In this document: positions 59,741 through 64,000 of the stretch, one piece after another
Numbering within the stretch: position 1 is the stretch's first letter
Layout of the letters: each line of letters opens with the position of its first letter
Source: the human T2T-CHM13v2.0 reference genome, Homo sapiens
Assembly: GCF_009914755.1 (NCBI RefSeq)
Contig: NC_060940.1
DNA length: 64,000 bases
Strand: one strand, 5' to 3'
Position numbers and translations under genes: made by a program
Notes under the pieces: model-generated
Seen by the model: only the letters and a program-made list of their open reading frames with translations
Database searches by the model: none
What the model was told of the DNA's origin: nothing

Positions 59741-62700
59741 TGATTCCACTTGATGATGATTCCATTCGAGTCCATTTGATGATTCTATTCAATTCCATTC
59801 TCCGATGCTTTCTTTTGAGCCCATTCAATGCTTCCACTCGATTCCATATGATGATGACTCCATTCGATGAAATTCGATGATGATTCCATTCGCTTGCGTT
59901 CAATGATGATTCCACTTGAGTCCGTTAGAAGATTCTATTCAAATACATTCCATGACGATTCCGTTCGAGTCCATTTGATGATTCCATTAGACTCCATTCG
60001 ACGATGATTCCATTCGATGTTATTCGATGATTCCATTCGATCTCATTCGATGATGATTCCATTCATCTCCTTTCGATGTTTCCATTCGAGTTCATTCTAT
60101 TATTCCATTAGATTCCATTCGATGATGATTCCATTCGAATCCATTTGATGATTGCATTCTATTTCATTTGATGATGATTCCATTCGAGTCCACTCGATGA
60201 TTCCATTCGAGTCCATTTAATGAATCCATTGGTTTCAATTCTATGATGATTACATTGGATTCCATTCGTTGATGATTTCATTCGGTTCCATTCAATGATG
60301 ATTCCATTCAATTCCTTTCAATGTTTCCATTCAATTCCATACGATGATGATTCCATTTGTTTTGATTCGACAGTGAGCCATTCGATTCAATTCCATGATG
60401 ATTCTATTTGATTCCATTGGTTGACATTTCCATTCGATTCCATTCGATGATGATTCCCTTTGATTCCATTCAAAGATGATTCCATTCTAGCCCATTCAAT
60501 CATTCCATTCGATTCTATTCAATGATGATTCCATTCATGTCGATTTGGTGATTCCATTTGACTTCATTTGATGATGATTCCTTTCAAGTTCATTAGATGA
60601 TTCCATTCGATTCCATTTGATGATGATCCCATTCGAGTCCATTTGATGATTCCATCGTTTCCATTCCATGATGATTCCATTCCATTCCATTCAATGATTC
60701 CATTCGATTCCGTTTGGTGATGATTTCATTCGAGTCCATTTGATGATTCCATTTGATTCCATTCGATGATGATTCCATTCGGGTCCATTCGATGATTCTA
60801 TTCGAATCCATTTGATGATTTCTTTTGATTATATTTGGTGATGATTCCATTGGAGTCCATTGAATGATTCTATTCGATTCCAATCGATGGTGATTCCATT
60901 AGAGTCCATTTAATGATTCCATTTGATTCCAGTCTCTGATAATTACATTCGAGTCCATACGATGATTCCACTCAATTCCATATGATGATGATTCCATTCG
61001 ATTCCATTCGATGATTCCATTCGATTCCATTCAACGATGATTTGATTCGTTTCCATTCGATGATTCCATTGGATTCCATTCGATGATGATTCCATTCAAA
61101 TCCATTCGATAATTCAATTGAAGTCCATTCGATGATGATTCCAATCGAATCCATTCAAAGATTCCATTCAGTTCCATTCGATGATTCCCTTAGATTCCAT
61201 TCGATGATTCCACTTGTTTCCATTTACGATGATTCCATTCGATTCCATGTGATGATTCCATTCAATTCTATTCAATGATGTTGCCATTTGATTCCATTCG
61301 ACCATGATTGCCTTTGATTCCATTCAATGATTCCATTCGGTTCCTTTTGATGATGATTCCGTTCGATTCCATTTGATGATTCCATTTGATTCCATTGGAT
61401 GAGTCCATTCGATTACCTTCGATGATTATTCCATTCGAGTGCATTAGATGATTCCATTCGAGTCCATTCGATGATTCCATTCGATTCCATTCGATGTTGA
61501 TTCTGTTCAAATCCATTCGATGATTCCACTCGATTCCATTCGATGACTCCATTTGATCCCATTCGATGATTTCCTGTGATTCCCTTTGATGATCATTCCA
61601 TTTGATTCAATTCGGTGATTTCATTTGATTCCATTCAGTGACGTTTCCATTCCACTCCATTCGATGATGATTCCATTCGACTCCATTCGATTATGATTTC
61701 ATTCAATTCCATTCGATAATGATTCCCTTCGAGTCCATTCGATGATTCCATTCGATTCCATTCAACGATGATTTGATTCGTGTCCATTCGATGATTCCAT
61801 TTGATTCCACTTGATGATGATTCCATTCGAGTCCATTTGATGATTCCATTCAATTCCATTCTCCAATGATTTCTTTTGAGCCCATTCAATGCTTCCACTC
61901 GATTCCATATGATGATGACTCCATTCGATGAAATTCGATGATGATTCCATTCGCTTGCGTTCGATGATGATTCCACTTGAGTCCGTTAGAAGATTCTATT
62001 CAATTACATTCCATGACGATTCCGATCGAGTCCATTTGATGATTCCATTAGACTCCATTCGACGATGATTCCATTCGATGTTATTCGATGATTCCATTCG
62101 ATCTCATTCGATGATGATTCCATTCAACTCCATTCGATGTTTCCATTCGAGTTCATTCTATTATTCCATTAGATTCCATTCGATGATGATTCCATTCGAT
62201 TCCATTTGATGATTGCATTCTATTTCATTTGATGATGATTCCATTCGAGTCCACTCGATGATTCCATTCGAGTCCATTTAATGAATCCATTGGTTTCAAT
62301 TCTATGATGATTACATTGGATTACATTCGTTGATGATTTCATTCGGTTCCATTCAATGATGATTCCATTCAATTCCTTTCAATGTTTCCATTCAATTCCA
62401 TACGATGATGATTCCATTTGATTTGATTCGACAGTGAGCCATTCGATTCAATTCCATGATGAATCTATTTTATTCAATTGGTTGACATTTCCATTCGATT
62501 CCATTCGATGATGATTCCCTTTGATTCCATTCAAAGATGATTCCATTCTAGCCCATTCAATCATTCCATTCGATTCTATTCAATGATGATTCCATTCATG
62601 TCGATTTGGTGATTCCATTTGACTTCATTTGATGATGATTCCTTTCAAGTTCATTAGATGATTCCATTCGATTCCATTTGATGATGATCCCATTCGAGTC

Positions 62701-63181
62701 CATTCAGTGATTCCATTCGTTTCCATTCCATGATGATTCCATTCCATTCCATTCAATGATTCCATTCGATTCCGTTTGATGATGATTTCATTCGAGTCCA
62801 TTTGATGATTCCATTCGTTTCCATTCCATGATGATTCCATTCCATTCCATTCAATGATTCCATTCGATTCCGATTGGTGATGATTTCATTCGAGTCCATT
62901 TGATGATTCCATTTGATTCCATTCGATGATGATTCCATTCGAGTCCATTCGATGATTCTATTCGAATCCACTTGATGATTTCTTTTGATTATAGTTGGTG
63001 ATGATTCCATTGGAGTCCATTCAATGATTCCATTCGATTCCAATCGATGGTGATTCCATTAGAGTCCATTTAATGATTCCATTTGATTCCAGTCTCTGAT
63101 GGTTACATTCGAGTCCATACGATGATTCCACTCAATTCCATATGATGATGATTCCATTCGATTTCATTCGATGATTCCATT
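58962..63181 (+). repeat. ~2,061-bp tandem duplication (junction 61003-61022)
   Basis: Offsets 59207/61268 and 59574/61635 equal 2,061. caacgatgatttgattcgtttcc lies at 58971 and 61032. Confidence 0.87.
62712..62912 (+). repeat. 98-bp tandem duplication
   Basis: cgtttccattccatgatgattccattccattcc starts at 62718 and again at 62816; it is single-copy in the other units. Confidence 0.88.
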
Positions 63182-64000
63182 CTATTCTAATTGATGATGA
63201 TTCCATTCGATTCCATTCGATCATGATTGGATTCGATTCCATTTGATGATTTCATTTGATTCCATTCGTTAATGATTTCGATCAACTCCATTCGATGATT
63301 CCATTTGATTCCATTCGATAATGATTACATCTGAGTCCATTCGATGATTCCATTTGAGCCTGTTCGATAATTCCATTTGAGTCCAATCAATGATTCCATT
63401 CATTTCCATTCAATGATTCCATTCGAGTCCATTTGATCATTCTGGTAGGGTCCGTTCGATGTTGAATCCATTGGAGTGCATTCGATGATTCCATTCGAGT
63501 CCATTTTAGGATTTGATTCGAGTCCTTTCGATGATTCCATTCGATTCCACTCGATGATGATTTCATTCGAGTCCATTCGACACTTCCAATCGATTCCATT
63601 TGATGATTCCATTCGAGTCCAATTGATGATTCAATTCCATTCGATGATGATTCCGTACGATTCCATTCTGTGATGATTCCATGTGATTGCATTCAATGAT
63701 GATTCCTTTCGATTGCATTCGATTGTGATTCATTTCGTGTTCATTCTATGGTTCCACAGGTTTCCATTCGTGTCCATTCCATTATTCCATTCTATTCCAT
63801 TTCATGATGATTCCATTCGATTCCATTCATTGGTGATTCCACTCAATTCCATTCAATGATTCCATTCCATTTCTTTCAACAATGATTCCATTAGGTTCTA
63901 ATCGATGATCCACTTGATTCCATTTGATGACGATTCCATTCTTGTCCATTCGATGATTCCATTTGATTCCATATGATGATGATTCCATTCGATTCCATAC

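Larger units (their letters stand above)
1..64000 (+). repeat. Human satellite II (HSat2/HSATII) pericentromeric tandem array, CATTC strand on +
   Basis: Continuous diverged (ATTCCATTCG)2(ATG)1-2 monomers with frequent GAGTCC variants from first to last base, e.g. gatgatgattccattcgattccattcgatgattccattcgagtcc. This is the established HSat2 signature and differs from HSat3 (long CATTC runs). No strand switch seen. Confidence 0.98.

Noticed and set aside
118-63692. Numerous 60-132 aa minus-strand ORFs (MESNGIIEW-like repeats)
   Set aside because: They are translations of GGAATCATCATCGAAT repeats: the minus strand is ATG-rich and stop-poor, while the plus strand is full of TGA. They overlap in several frames, have low complexity and open or close with single SNPs. 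Used only as positional landmarks.
1-64000. CRISPR-like repeat/spacer array or prokaryotic system
   Set aside because: Repeats are contiguous with no unique spacers, leader or cas genes; the sequence is primate satellite.
1-64000. Inversion or strand switch, alpha satellite, CENP-B boxes, G-quadruplex tracts
   Set aside because: No GAATG-oriented tract on +, no 171-bp monomers and no clustered G-runs were seen on reading; a very short instance could have been missed.

Overview
The whole 64 kb is one uninterrupted array of human-type classical satellite II (HSat2/HSATII). It is built from diverged ATTCCATTCG/ATG 23- and 26-bp monomers, with the CATTC strand on + throughout. I found no gene, RNA gene, transposon or CRISPR array; all listed ORFs are translations of the satellite. 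The informative signal is nested architecture. A 6,112-bp unit (typical of HSat2B, best known from 16q11.2; this assignment is an inference) is organised into a ~16,072-bp three-part higher-order repeat (6,112 + ~4,130 + ~5,830) that carries a distinct 1.83-kb divergent block. The first copy is expanded by nested 1,321-bp and 9,239-bp duplications. After ~43.6 kb the higher-order repeat breaks down into a patchwork of homology-mediated deletions and duplications with reused breakpoints. A DUX4-consensus site occurs once per unit. I see no evidence for a new gene system; any novelty lies in the repeat architecture. Junctions were mapped by eye and from ORF-track offsets and are accurate to roughly 20 bp.
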